DNA of 64,000 nt. Source: Lepidodermella squamata (Eukaryota > Animalia > Gastrotricha). The notes under the pieces were generated by a model. The model was not told the DNA's origin and did not search any database. It saw only the letters and a list, made by a program, of their open reading frames with translations. Below are positions 46,366 to 59,591 of this stretch, one piece after another. The first letter of the stretch is position 1. Every line of letters starts with the position of its first letter. The stretch spans positions 3,410,001 through 3,474,000 of the forward strand of contig JBLDXI010000042.1 of the NCBI GenBank assembly GCA_047495785.1. Direction: 5' to 3'. Position numbers and translations under genes: made by a program.

Positions 46366-49300
46366 TTAATGCTTAGCAGAAGGGCCCGAGTCAGCAATAC
46401 CACTCAGGGGCCGTTTACGAGTTTGAGACTCGCTAGTTTGAACCTCCACAGGTTCTTCTTTGAGACAAGATTCACAACACAACGAGTTCGAAGATAGATC
46501 AGAATTTCGAGGAGCGCCATTTTGAAGCATTTTGAGCATTGTATCGTGGAAGGCCATGCAAGTTTCGCTCGCTGAGCAGTGCTGTTCGATGAATTTTCTG
46601 GCGTCAGCAAAACTCGAAGGGTCGCTTGGCAGCATTTTTCGTAATTTTGATTCGAAAGTGAGAACCATCTTTTGGACCGAAGATAGTGGAACCCAGCCGT
46701 TCTAAAAATGAAAATTTTGATTGTAGAAACGTAATAGCTTCGAACCCATAGAAATCAGTAAAAACTTGACGCTTTTCCTTTTCGAAAAATCGAAACCCGA
46801 AAAAACAGCTGTAACATCATTATTACTGATTATTGATCTAGGTCCCAAAATTAGGTAACCCTGTCAATGTGACCCATCCCACCTCATGATAAAGGAAATA
46901 GCGATCTATAGAAGCCAATGTGCTAAAAGAGGACCAACCTTTTTAAGCAGTAGTATGTCCTCAGCTAGGGATTTGAGCCGTGACGAAGAGTCGACACTAG
47001 CGAAGACAGTGTTCAGTTTTCCGAAAATTTCATCAAACATCGGCCTCAGATCTTGATTGATCGCCTGAGATTCAATAGCCGTCCCAAATTCACCCAACAT
47101 AACTTGCATGCCTTCGTAAACGTGTTCGTCCCAGGTGTTCACCAATACATCGAGGAGAGAGATGACGTAGGTCACCGGGGTTATTTCCGCCGAAAATAAT
47201 GTTCCAATCAATTGAGGGCAATAGATCGACTTGCTCTGATAATGTTGCTTGAATTCAGCCAATTTTTCATTCAAAATTAGTTTTTCTCGAGCCTGATAAA
47301 AAATGAAGGAATAAAAATTGGGCAAAAAAGCCAAGAAAAAAATCTAACGGTATTAGCATGGTTCAATTCATCGAGCAAAGCTGAGATCTTTGCCTTATTT
47401 TGATCGAGTTGATGCGAAGAAAACATTTCAAAGCATTGTTCTTGAAGTTCGGCAATGAAGCTTTTGCAGCAGTTATTCGTGACCTTGGCAAGAGAGGAGC
47501 AAACTCGAAATCCGAACTCCAATGATCGAGTTTTTCTGGCTTCATTCACAATCTGGATGAAATGTATCAAACACTCAAAAGTAAAGTTGAAATTAAAAAT
47601 TACCCTTTCGATCAGCACGGTTACTATGTCCCGGAAAACTGATGGTGGTTTCAGTTTTAATCGAGCCAAATATTCATCGGCTTCCAGCTGGGCATTCAGC
47701 AGAGAACCACTGACTTCATTTCGATTCGTATCCGATTTTTCAGGGCTAAACCCGAGAGAAATAGAACTTTCCAAAGCAGCAGCACGTTTAACCCATTCTG
47801 AGCTCTGTTACGAAAAAATTAAAAGCGCGAAAAAATGAAAAATTTGCTTACGTGGCCGATTTGCTGCAAATATTGAGTGATTTCATTCAACTTTGGAAAA
47901 CTCGTGAAATCCGCTGCGCCACACGCGATTGTGAGAAAGCGGCACGCGAGCGAAAACAGAGCACACTCTTCATCGTCGAACAGCCAGATTTTCGCGCGAT
48001 ATAACCGATCGACCTCTTGGATGAGGCGATAAATGAAAAACACGGATGCGTGGTTGCGGCGGGCCATTGGCCGAGAAATTTGGTCTTTGTAGACTTTGAA
48101 GGAGACCAGGCCAATTTTACACAGTTCACTGTGGTACCACAGCTTGTTAGCGAGGGTTTCAGCTGATTCGAGAACAAGAGGGCATCGGAATTTACCCAAC
48201 ACCCACTCTTTTACAGCCGAAGAAAATTTGAAGATTTCTTTTCCATTCGAGATCGAACACTGAATAAAATCGATTTTATGAAAATCAATGGCGTCAAGTT
48301 AAATTTATACTGATTGTAAAGCTTTGAGCAAATTGATCGCATGGCTCGGCAGATGAGTTGAATCTGAGCACATTTCCAGAATTTTATCGAGAAGATTGAA
48401 AGTGGCGATTCCGAAGGCTGCTCGAGAGGACATTTTGTTGAATGCTTTCTTCAATTCGTCCGAAATACTCGCTTCGTTTTCCGGCTTTCGAAACAACTCG
48501 TCGACTTTTTGTTTAACCTCATTTGGACCGAAATCAGCAAGTTTGGACACACCTTTAGCCTGCTTAGGCTTGGAACCTTTCTTTTTAGGTGTTGGACCAT
48601 CTTAAAAAATTAAGAAAATACTAGAACAAATCGATGAGAAATCAATAAAATACCTGGAATTACGATTATTTCTGGAGATTTGGAACCATCCCGGCTAATA
48701 GATGAATTTGCAGCGTTATTCGGCAGCGAATGAAATTGATAGATATCGAACCTCTTGTCTCCAAGAGATGCCCATTTGCTTATGTTGAATTTCTACATTT
48801 TGAAAACTTAGATTGAAGATTAAAACAAATTCAGCTGTTGTTTTACCTTCGATTGCGAGATCAAATAATTTTGTATTTCAGTGGCCTGTTCTTGATCGAC
48901 GCCGAACCACGAGCGGGTTTCGAGGACAGTTGAATGAAGAGTTTCGATGACCAGCAGTTGTTGCTGTCGGTGCTTTTTCGATGGCGACAAGCGTTTACTG
49001 CTCAACATTTCATCGATTTCTTTCAGATAGCAATGCAAAACATAGCATAAACGACCACATTTCTCAGCACCATTTAGAATATCAACGAGGGTATTAATCT
49101 GAATTGTCTCGCTTTGACAAAGAAAAACGCATAGCCATAGCTTGTCAACACTTGAAAACGCAGATTCAACAGTGCTGAAATATTTTTGCAGCCAAAGCTT
49201 CGCCGAAGAGTTGAAACCGATGTTCTAGAAAAATCCGCCTTAATATTGAAAAATTGAAAAATGTATCATGAACTTACGCCTTTGAACGCCTTTAGGATTG

Positions 49301-50399
49301 TTGGAACTTTCTCCTTATCAGCACTGAGTAGCTCGTCGAAAATCGTCAGCCAGACCTCATTCGCCGATTCGTCCAAGAAAAATCGACGAGCGAAATTTTT
49401 CAAACTTCTCCCATTTTTTTTCTTTTCACCGCTGATAATTTGCTGAATGACCCGTTTTAGATACGACAAGCCAGTAATTCGATCGCCAACAGGCAACGGA
49501 AGGCCGTGGGGGAAATCACAGGAATGTTTACGCTGATGACAGCCGCCACGATTTGCGAGGAAACCAGAAATTTCCTTAGCATAGGCTTCGTCGTTAAGGC
49601 GGATGTTTAGAAAAATATGCCGGAAGTAGCACGCCATTCTTGTCCACGATTTTTTCTCCCGATCTTCAGCTTTTTGCGCGAGATTTTCGTCATAGTTACG
49701 CAGCATTTCGTAAACGTAAGGCACGGCCTGTTCTAAGCTTCGAGTTTTGATCAATTTCACAGTTTTCAGGAACATGACCACCCGCGGTAATACTTTCCGA
49801 AAAACGAGCTCATTTAGGAAGCTAGAATTAATTAATAATATGCATGACAGCGGAAAACATGCAGTTTCACTTCATTACCTCAAACAAGTTTTAAACGCAA
49901 TCGAACATGGAAATTGTGAGGGTGAAACAATGAGAGCAACTGCTACGAGAGAGGCTCGAAATTCCTTTTTCCTTTTTGGTTTATTCTGGCCCTAAAATGA
50001 GAAAATTGTAATGAGAATAACGATTCACAAGAAAATAATCACCACAACATCTCCGCATTGTTGCAATAAATCGGCAAGAATAACTTGTTCAGCGGCACTT
50101 TTCGCAAGGTAGCCCTGAAAAATGACCTTAAAGACATTGAATTCAAAAATTCTAATTTTTCAAACTTTGTAAAATAGAAATTTCATCGCATCATTCCACA
50201 TCTCCATTTTCCCATCTGAATTTTCGAGAACAGTGAATAATTTATCGAGGCCAGCGACGGCTTCATCCATTTGATTATTCGTCGGACTATTAAGCAGTGA
50301 ATTCACAATGGTCGAAATACCAGACTCGCCGTTATTTTGAACCCGATTGACGACAACACGCCAAAAGTCTGCGACAGAGTGTCGATTCATATTAGCCAT
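46366..50399 (-). CDS. G9: protein with four MIF4G-like repeats and a Cys/SUMO/NLS tail
   Basis: Twelve exons: ~50399-50166, 50115-50043, 49992-49878, 49821-49278, 49226-48847, 48793-48654, 48600-48310, 48259-47852, 47804-47604, 47553-47348, 47292-46940 and 46701-46366. The last repeat SFIAELQEQCFEMFS...ELNHANT/AREKLILNEKLAEF...PQLIGTLF...SSRLKSLAEDILLLKK/NGWVP matches the metazoan eIF4G MIF4G, including its coiled-coil insertion and the NWVP exit. Confidence 0.87.
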
Positions 50400-50488
50400 G
50401 AAGAAGTAATCAAAATTCTAACAAAATTTGAAAAAATTGGGAATTAATAAGTAATTAAATATACTAAAAACAAATGGCCTTGAACGGT

Positions 50489-53400
50489 TCATCTTTTGGC
50501 ACTTGGCCCGTCGTTATTGAGACTAAATCGCTTACGAGACCTTGGCTCAACGGGCTCTTCCTTACAGCAAAAATTATTCGATTCCTCAGCAACAGGCTCG
50601 GAACTTACTGGCACAGTTGCGGGGGTCAAATTCGACCTTAAAGCAGCCAACAAAACAGAATTGAAGGCACTACACTTCTCGTTATTGCAATGGGACAATA
50701 AAAATTCCTGAATTTTTTCGAAAACTTCCGGGTTAGAATCAATCGACGATACCATTTGCTGAAGATCTACGACTGCTTTTTCAGTCTCAGACATGACTCG
50801 CCATTGATTCTGAAAAATTGCGAACATAAAAATGTTAAATTTCATAATTTTTACGAACTTACATTTTTCAAGGCGATAATTTTGCTGACAATAGACTTGA
50901 GTTTATCAGAGCAAGTTGTACTTGGCATAATTTCATTCAATTTTATGAAGCATTCGTTCAAAAATTCCTGAAGATCGTTGGAAGATGCTTGTGATTCAAT
51001 ATCCGTTCCGCATTCCGTGAACAACGTCAACAATCCTTCGAAAATACTTTCATCCTTGGTTTTGATTAGCGTATCGATGAACGATACTAAGTAAGAAACT
51101 GGAGTTATTTCGGCTAGAAATAGTCGACCGATTAGTTGCGGTATGAATAACGCTTTGGCCTGCACAGATTTCGAGAAAGTTTCAAGCGAGTCGGCTAAAA
51201 TGAGTTTTTCCTGAGGCTGAAAAAATCTGGAAATTTATTCAAGCCCAATTTAATAAAAAGAATTTTTACCGAGTCACAACACGCTAATTCTTTAGTGAGC
51301 TGGGCTAATTGATTCTTGGATTCATCCATCTTTCGAGACGAGAATAGCCCCAAACATTGCTCTTGGAATTCAGTTATGAAAGTTTTACAACAATTGCTCT
51401 TCAAATCGCGAAGAGCTTCGATTAGATCGACTCCAAACTCGACTGATTGACGGGTTTGAATTTGCTCAAGAATCTATAAACAAATAATTTAATAGCTATC
51501 ATTTTGAATAAAAAGCCGATAAAACATACGAGTTCGATCACCTGAGCAACTTCATCGCGGAAAGTATCAGGAGATTTCAACCTGAGCCTCTTGGAACAAC
51601 GCTCAACTTCAGCTTCGAGGTCATATCGTGGTAAATCATCAGTTTTGCCGGTAAGCGGTGGCGAGGCTGATTTAGGCTGAGATTGCAAAGCTGGGCGAAT
51701 TTTCGGCAGCCATTTTGAATTCTGGAATAATTGCAAGTAACATTATGACTGAATAACACGACAAAAAAATAGAAATTATTGCTACGGACTGAAAGCAAAA
51801 AATAACCTGATATAGCTACGTAACTATCATCTATAAAGTAGTAACACTACCATCAACTCATTACAAAAAAATCGCACGCGTTGCCAAGAAATAATTCGCC
51901 ACGCGCTTTCACAAGTAGTCGTGAAAAATAACACACATTTCTAATATTCACGACCTCAAATTTTCAGACATTAAAAAACCAAAATAATTGCGGAATAAAT
52001 TCAAAATCTATTCAAAATCACCTGTTCCAATCTTGCCAAAAACTCTACAATCTCTGCTTTTTTTACGAATGTAGAAAATTCCGGTGATTTACACGCGTTC
52101 GATAAAAAGTGGATAGCTGTTTCGAAAAAGGCTCCATCTTCTTCATCGAATTCCCACGATTTCGCCCGAAACAAGCGATCAGCCTCTTGAACTATCCGAT
52201 AGATGTAGTAAACTGTGGTTGGGGTTCGTTTGACCATTGGCTTCGCCGCGTGGTCTTTTATCACTTTGAACCGAACTAGACCTAATTTGCACAATTCGCT
52301 GTGGTACCAAAGTTTCGAGGCGAGAGATTCTGTTAGTTCCAAGGTGGTAGGGCATCGGTATTTTCCAAGAACCCATTCCTTAACAGCAGCTTGGAAACGA
52401 AAAACTTCCTTTCCACAAGAAACTGAGGCCTTAAATTTTGAAAAAATGATTAACAAATGAATAAAAAATTATGAAAAAAAATTACTGTCTGCAGATTTTC
52501 CAGCAAATGTTTGAAATGATTGGGCAAAAACGAGGCTGAGGCGCATTTTTCCAGAACGCGATCTAGTAAGTTGTAGCACGCGATTCCGAACGGCGCGCGC
52601 CCTTTCATTTGGCTAAATATGGACTTGAGCTCGGCGGAAACATCTTTCAGTTTAGACGGGTCCGAGGATAATAGGTCTACTAATGACTTGATCCGATCGG
52701 GATTGTGAGAATCGGATGACGAAGCAGCTTGAGACCCTTTCTTTGTGTCTTTAATCGGATTATCTGTGATAAAAAGAACTTGAATAGCCAAAGATAAAAA
52801 ATGTCCGCTTGGAACCTGTAGTTTTTTTCAACGGTGTTTTCGCCGGAGAAGGCTGATGAGCTAAATAAAAAATTCAAATTAATATTTTAATGCGTGAAAA
52901 GTTGTAACATAGCTCAAACTCGAATGATCTCAAAAAACGAATCTCGGGTTTCTCAGTCCTCGCTTGGTTGCTTGAATTAATACGAAATTTGGTCACAGGT
53001 ATCAAAGGTACTAAATATTTATGGAACCTTGGGTTGGCCATTCTCATAATCTCTCCACGTTCGCGATGAGCGCGCCTCCAGTACATACTGCAAACGCTCA
53101 AACCCCTCATAGACCTACTCTACCGAGCCGGTTTATGCAGCTCTCAGCATTTTGAATAATGGTCATAATTCAGATTCTTGGACAACGAGAGCAACAGCAG
53201 CCCATTATCGAGGTCCTGCCCTCTCAGCGAGAGGGGGGCACGATTGTTCTCGTCAACAGCTTCAAGTTTGTAGCGAGGGAGCGCCGTAAAGACGGAAGGA
53301 GCGTGGCATGCAGCGCCAACAAAGTCTGCAAAGCAAAAGTCATTGGCCGTTTTTCGAAATCGACAGCGACAATCCACAGCACGCGCATATGCCTCTGACT

Positions 53401-56400
53401 GAAAGTCAAATTTCAACGACGAAAGTCAACGCAAGGGTTATAGGATGTGGCTATTCGCTTTCTCTAAGGCTGAAGTCTGAACACCCTGGTTACAGCTTGC
53501 TTCAAGATCTACTCTTGTGGCTACATGCGGGTGATGCCATGTCCCACCTTGAATTTCTTCACGATTGGTGATTGCGAATGGGAATGGCAGTCCTTATAAG
53601 CCATTGGAAGGGCTAACAGCGCCGGTCAACAGCGACGTTCACGGCCGACAAGGAGCTTGAGCTGTGTGCAAGAAGAAATCGCGCAAATCGCGAGTGCCCA
53701 AATTTGGGCTCGCCAGTAGATATGACTACTGAAACGGCTAAATTGCCGGCTTTGCGATTCACAGCTGGCACCCAGGCTTTCAACATGTCATCGGGACTAG
53801 CTTTTCAGGTCTCAGGTGAGCTGCTGACGGACGGGAAGGCGAATTGGCCTATCGTACGGCTTGGTAGTTTCAAGCCCGTCTCTAGAGTCACTGCATTGCC
53901 AGAGCGGCGGCGATCGTTGTTCGTGGACCCTACTATGTACGGCCACCAACAGGGCGCTGAAAAGGTGTTGATCCGTGCAGACTCAGTGCAGGCCGGTGTT
54001 GTTGAGAAGCACATTGGTCTGGAGCCTGAAGTGCTGCGAGCCGTGGCTGAGAAAAGCTCAACTGATGCTCAAGGTGCCACCGGTGAAATTCTGCCGATGT
54101 AGATTGCATTGAGGGTTGACTGAAACAGATTTTGATTGTGTGTTATACTCCTAGGCCTTCCATCCACAATAAACTTGTTAGCTAATCTGTGTTTAGAGGT
54201 TCTTCTTAACCCAAATCTGCCAAATTCTATTACCAGTATTTATCAAATTTCCTATTTATCAAATTTTCAGTGAAGTGCCACTGAAATCGATTCCACTCTG
54301 TTTCAAGCGGTATGTGGCCAGCTAGATGCAATGTTCTGAATTCTGCAATTTTCACTTCCGATTTTGCAATTTTCTTACGATGACAAATTCCAAAATTTCT
54401 TCAGATTCAGAAGATGTGTGTACAGTTTGTCATGAAGTCCTGGAGGAGCCGGTCAAGTGCTCTCAAACCCGAAAACAGACGATGTCACCTCGACTTGTTG
54501 TTTCAATTATATCTGGGCACAAAGGCCACCCTTCCAAAAAGGAAATTCACAAATCGGTTTCCTCGACTAGCAGCTTGCCTCGTACAGAACTTGATGATGA
54601 CTGGACTTCAAAAGCAAAATCAGCGCTCGATGGCACGGTTTCAGTGTGCTGGAAAAATTAAAAATCCCAGGCGTGAGAAAGTGGCTCTGTCACTACGTCG
54701 TGATTTACGACGTTCGGGAACGTCGAGAAATTGAGCGTTTAGGGAATCAACTAATATATATGATTGAGCTAAATTCAAGGAAACGCTTCGAAACAGTACT
54801 CAGAAACATCGAATTTTGGCAAAGTTGAAACAAATATTATGAACCTTTGACGGCTGAATTTGATTTGGGTGGTGAAACAGGCTTCGCAGGGCTAGGAACA
54901 GTAAGAGTGGTGGCAACAGCAGGAACCGGGACTGGGGCAGGTTTCTGAACCGGAACAACGTTAGTAATAACAGCGGCGGGAGTAAAATTGACCACTGGGG
55001 CAGCTGGTTGCAGAGCCTGCTCGATTTTTTTAGATTCCGATTTTCGCAGACATATCGCTCCTTTCCTCTATAAAAAAATATAAAAAAATTAGAAAAAAAT
55101 AAAACAATTTTACTTACTCTCTCCAGATCTGTTAAATAAGCCAGCATTTCAGGCACTTCATCCGAAAAAGCTTGACATGACCGTTTGAAATCTTGACTCC
55201 TCATCTGCCGACTGATGTAAGCAGGCAATCCAACGCCCAAATGGCTCAAATGAGCCGGTGACATCGGGGTGGCTTCATTATCGTAAAACTCGTCCATGTC
55301 TCGGATGAATCGATACAGCAAGTAGCAACACGCCGAAGATTTGTAGTTTTGCAAGATTTGAGGCAAAACTGTTGGCGCAATGACCTTCGCTTGGGCTAAC
55401 GCCGTCACGTACCATACTTTATGAATTGAAGGTAACGGATTATCGGAAATTCCGAAGGTCTCGTTCAACCAATGAGTAGCTGAGTCTTTGAACCCGAAAA
55501 TTCTCTAAATAAGTCAATTCATATAATTTGGAAATGTATTCAACATTTCTTCTTACTTCTTTTACTAAAAAAATGGCGCTCGATCCGGCGGTTCGTTCAA
55601 GCCTGGAAATCTGAAAAATCCAGCCTAATAATAATTTCACATAATTTTAATTGAAAATTTACCGCTTCGTGAATCGAAAATAACGCGTCAGTTTGGAAAT
55701 CATCGTAAAGAAATCGTTTCACCATTTCGCTGATTTTTCCCGATGGATTTTCGCCATTCGAATCGAGATCGATAATTTCAACAATAAATCGTTTCAACGC
55801 CACCATTCCAGTTATTCGATCGCCAGTCAAAGTCTGGATACGGGAAGGTAGTGGCAATCCGTCTGGGTAACTGCATGCTTCATCCGAGTGCGTGTGAATG
55901 ACGTCACGTGACGTTAAATAATCGGTTATTTCCTTCGAAATTTCCAACTCGCCGGGCGAAATCATTTCATTGGCGATCAGATTCAAGTAACACGCCAGTC
56001 GATTCCAATGGTGACTATCATTACCACCGAAGCAATGCAATTGTAAGACATCGTTATTCTTCAACAAATCGAGGAGGTAGGGAGCGGCTAAATGAAGATG
56101 GCGAGATTTTGCGATACGTTTCGCGAGTCGATACAAAACATGAGGTGGTAATCGATTCACCTTGACCAATTCATTCAAAAACCTTGAAATTAACGTTACT
56201 TTCATTCATTCAGATAAAGAAACAACAGACTTGAGTGAAATGAAATAATCCGAAGTTCGACGGCAAGATGGAGGCGGAACACTTTGAACAGCATTAACAA
56301 GTGCCATGGTGAAGGGTGACAGATTTTTCCGATCACTGGCAATAGAGCCGACTTTAACCTATAGAAAGGATTCACTTTTCAATTCGATATTTTTCAATTT

Positions 56401-59400
56401 GCGATCAGCTCACTTCGCCGCAAAGGGAGAACAATTTAGCTAGCAAGTGTCGTTGCGGTTCCGTTTCCAACGTGTAACCCTAAAACACACATAAATAATC
56501 GATTACCTTTCAACTCCGAAACTTGGACTTCAATTGTCATTATTTACATACAGAAAGTATGACGAGCAGGGTAGGTCGCTACGCAAAGCCGAAAAATTCG
56601 TTTCCACAGTGATATATAGCAGCATGCGTAATATACAATGTACTATGCTAGACTCATTGCTGACCAGTCGCAAAGCATGATAACAACGCAAAAGTATGAA
56701 TTACACTCATAGTAAGCTACAATTCTATTAACATATAACTTTTTCATATGGACTCATCGAACGATATCGTCGGCATGAAGACAAACTGTCGTCAAAATGC
56801 TTCAGTATTAAGACACCCAAAATTATTTGCTGGTGTTATTAGAACTCCTAATATCGCCGGGGTCAAGACCTGGTGGGACGGGCAGCTTGTTGCTGCGGCA
56901 AAATCTTCGCGACGGGGCGACCTGGAGGTGGACAAAGAGCAGCCGGGTCTCCTTTTTTGTCATGTCCTTAGTGGATAAATGCGGTACCGTCTCACAGGTA
57001 TAGATAATTACGACCGGTGAATCTCGCACTTCCCTTGCTTCCACCAGCCTCCACCAGGGAATGGGTACGTATTTCGTCGCAACCAGTTCTATGGAATGGT
57101 AGACGAAAACTGGGCTGGGGTCCCCTCACACATGGAATACCCCAGCGAGCTACAGAGCCATGCCGCTGATAATAGTTTGGACCTTTCTATCGACAGTGCG
57201 GCGAGTGATGGCGGCGGCGCTAGCTTTGCTGGCGTTGGCAGACGTAGCCACAGCTTCAGCCTCATTTTCTAGCTCGTTTTGTTCCTGTAGGGACTCAACA
57301 GGCGATTGCACTGACCGGAAATCTGCCCCTCTCGCGGGCGCTAAACTAGTAAATTAATACCAGAACGCTTCAGTGATGTAAATATTTCGTCAAGAGCTTA
57401 GTGGTGCAAATATTTAGACCCCATTGAAATCTCAAACATCTGTCGTCTTTCTTCAACATTGATTTACCGTGTCTGCCTAATTTTTCATTCATCAATCTTG
57501 TGTCTGGTGCAAATGTATATACGTTTGATATTAATTTTGATACTTCGAAGTACATTTCACACCAACTTGCCATAAGTTTTGCTATTTCTGCATGTCTGAA
57601 CGGTGAAATTTTACACTTTGTTGCAGCCTCTAGTGGCCTCTAGCCAAGTACGCACGACTGACGAACTGTTGAAACTGTTAACGGCCCAGCGTACCACACG
57701 CGGGGGATGGCTCGACGCCTCTAGCTTTAAATTGACTACATTTTTAGCTCTTTGTTACGCTTTTATTCTCGTTCTATTTTACAAACTAGTGTTTCATCAA
57801 TCTTATCTTTATCAAATATCTTTACAATTATTTCAGGCGTGCTACCACCGTTCAACGCTTGGCTGAACGTGCAGCCGAATGGCATTCCTATGGCACGTGA
57901 GCACACTCCATCATTTCAAAAATCGTTCACTGAAAACTGATCAATTATTATAGTTGAACAAATTTATCAGCTGAATCTTTATCAGTGCGCGGTCCAAGTT
58001 GCTGTACGGGATAAAGTAAACCTTATTTATGAAAAGGTATTCTATGAGGACTTGCTGCTGCAGGTATAATTTAACCTCATTAGTAGGTATGCCTTCTCCA
58101 CATTTCGTCGTTTGTCGTTGTGGTCGAGGGAATAATTTGCGTTTTTTTTATTGCTGTCGGCTTAATCCTGCTAATCGTGATTCGACGCCTTATTCGCAAT
58201 CTGTTGGAAGGTAACATCTTGATGTTCCATAGGCAGAGAAAATAATATTATTATTTCTCTTCGTCGACTCGAACGACACTCAAGCCAAAGCTACGGCCGA
58301 GCTACGCCAATGCATACCCGCGATCGAAACGACTGTTGAAAGTGGTCAAGAAAACGATGTCATCGATTCGGCGAAGCGACCCTGTCTTCAACCGTCGGTG
58401 TCTGTTGAGAGCGGCGATGATGTTTGGGCGGACTATGACGCGAAACTGGCTGCTGTTCAGGTGTCTACCCTCGATTAGATATATGTGTAATTTCAATTTC
58501 AAGCGCGCCAGCCGGCAACAGGTGGTAACAACCACAACGAAGACGACGCGTGATGCGTGATCACAACAGCAAGGCTCTACACAGACTGCTCCAAGCCGTG
58601 ACTGCAACAGCAATGACAATTAAAAACTCTTAAAAATTTCTTCTGAAATCTGAAATCTTGTATTGCCTGAAAAAGTTTATACTGCTAAAATAATAATACT
58701 GCTTGCCTGTTAAATATTTCCTTTTAATTGGAGTTTACTGGGACAGCCAAGCCTGCTGCTACTACTCTGATGGACACTCGAGGGCACAACGTTGTATGTA
58801 CCCGAAATGCCTGCATACGGCTATTAACTACTAAGTCGGCGAGTCTACCGGTTCTCGTGGTCGAAAGCGAAAGTCATTGCTTGATGGTTGGTGGTTCGGT
58901 ATTGTTAGCGAACCGGGCCGAGTTCAACCTCGCCTCAAGTGAGTTCTCCTACTCGCCGCTCAGCCCGTCCGAATCGTTGCCCGACGATGTCCGCGGGGTC
59001 ATCGTCCGTGCGGCTGAACCCGGATGATGGTTTGCGTTTTGTGCTAGCCAGCACGAGTCACGATCTAATCATTCATTTATTTACCCATTAGTTTTTATCT
59101 ATTTGTTACTGACTTAATATGATGAGGGGCGGTTGATTCCGTTGAAATTTTCCCTGCCATACTTTGGTAAAACTACGTTTTCATCGTCTATCTTCTATCT
59201 TTCCAGCTAATGCAAATCACTTTGTGATATTTTTGACAACTCACCTTGCTCAGAATGCAAGCTATGCCATCTTGCAAGTCAGACAGCCTCGTTAGACGCG
59301 CCAAAGCCGCCCGAACTTGCTCCGTGGCTTGTTCAAATGAGATAGAACTCGGTTCGGAAAACAAAGCCGTCAAAATCGGCGACAACGCATAAGGCCCAGG

Positions 59401-59517
59401 TTTGTGCGGATTCGAAAAGTTGGCGTACCAAAATGATCGCAAATCATTTTCAGGCTGCGGCCGGTAATAGGTGCTGGTATGCTGCTGAGGTGCCGGATAC
59501 CAAAATGGCTGAGCCAT
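50489..59517 (-). CDS. G10: protein with four MIF4G-like repeats, closest paralog of G9
   Basis: Exons ~59517-59245, 56479-56414, 56358-56232, 56182-55663, 55610-55557, 55505-55118, 55067-54846, 52860-52816, 52763-52486, 52429-52021, 51721-51529, 51473-51270, 51217-50863 and 50809-50489. It is collinear with G9 (GDRITG, AFGIAxxNLLD, AVKEWVLGKxRCP, KLWYHSELCKxGLV, PQLIGxLFxAEITPV). Confidence 0.87.
53190..53700 (+). mobile_element. FLYWCH-like zinc-finger / MULE-associated remnant
   Basis: SQREGGTIVLVNSFKFVARERRKDGRSVACSANKVCKAKV resembles a FLYWCH domain. The downstream sequence is disrupted. It lies antisense in a G10 intron. Confidence 0.5.
58310..58480 (+). mobile_element. Gypsy integrase remnant
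   Basis: YPRSKRLLKVVKKTM...AAMMFGRTMTRNW resembles the integrase motifs YHPQSNG.AER and PAELMFGR. It is degenerate. Confidence 0.4.
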
Positions 59518-59591
59518 TATATAGGGAAAATCACGAATTAAGACACCCTAAAACTTGAAAATTAGATAATAAGAATAAGCAATATATTTTG

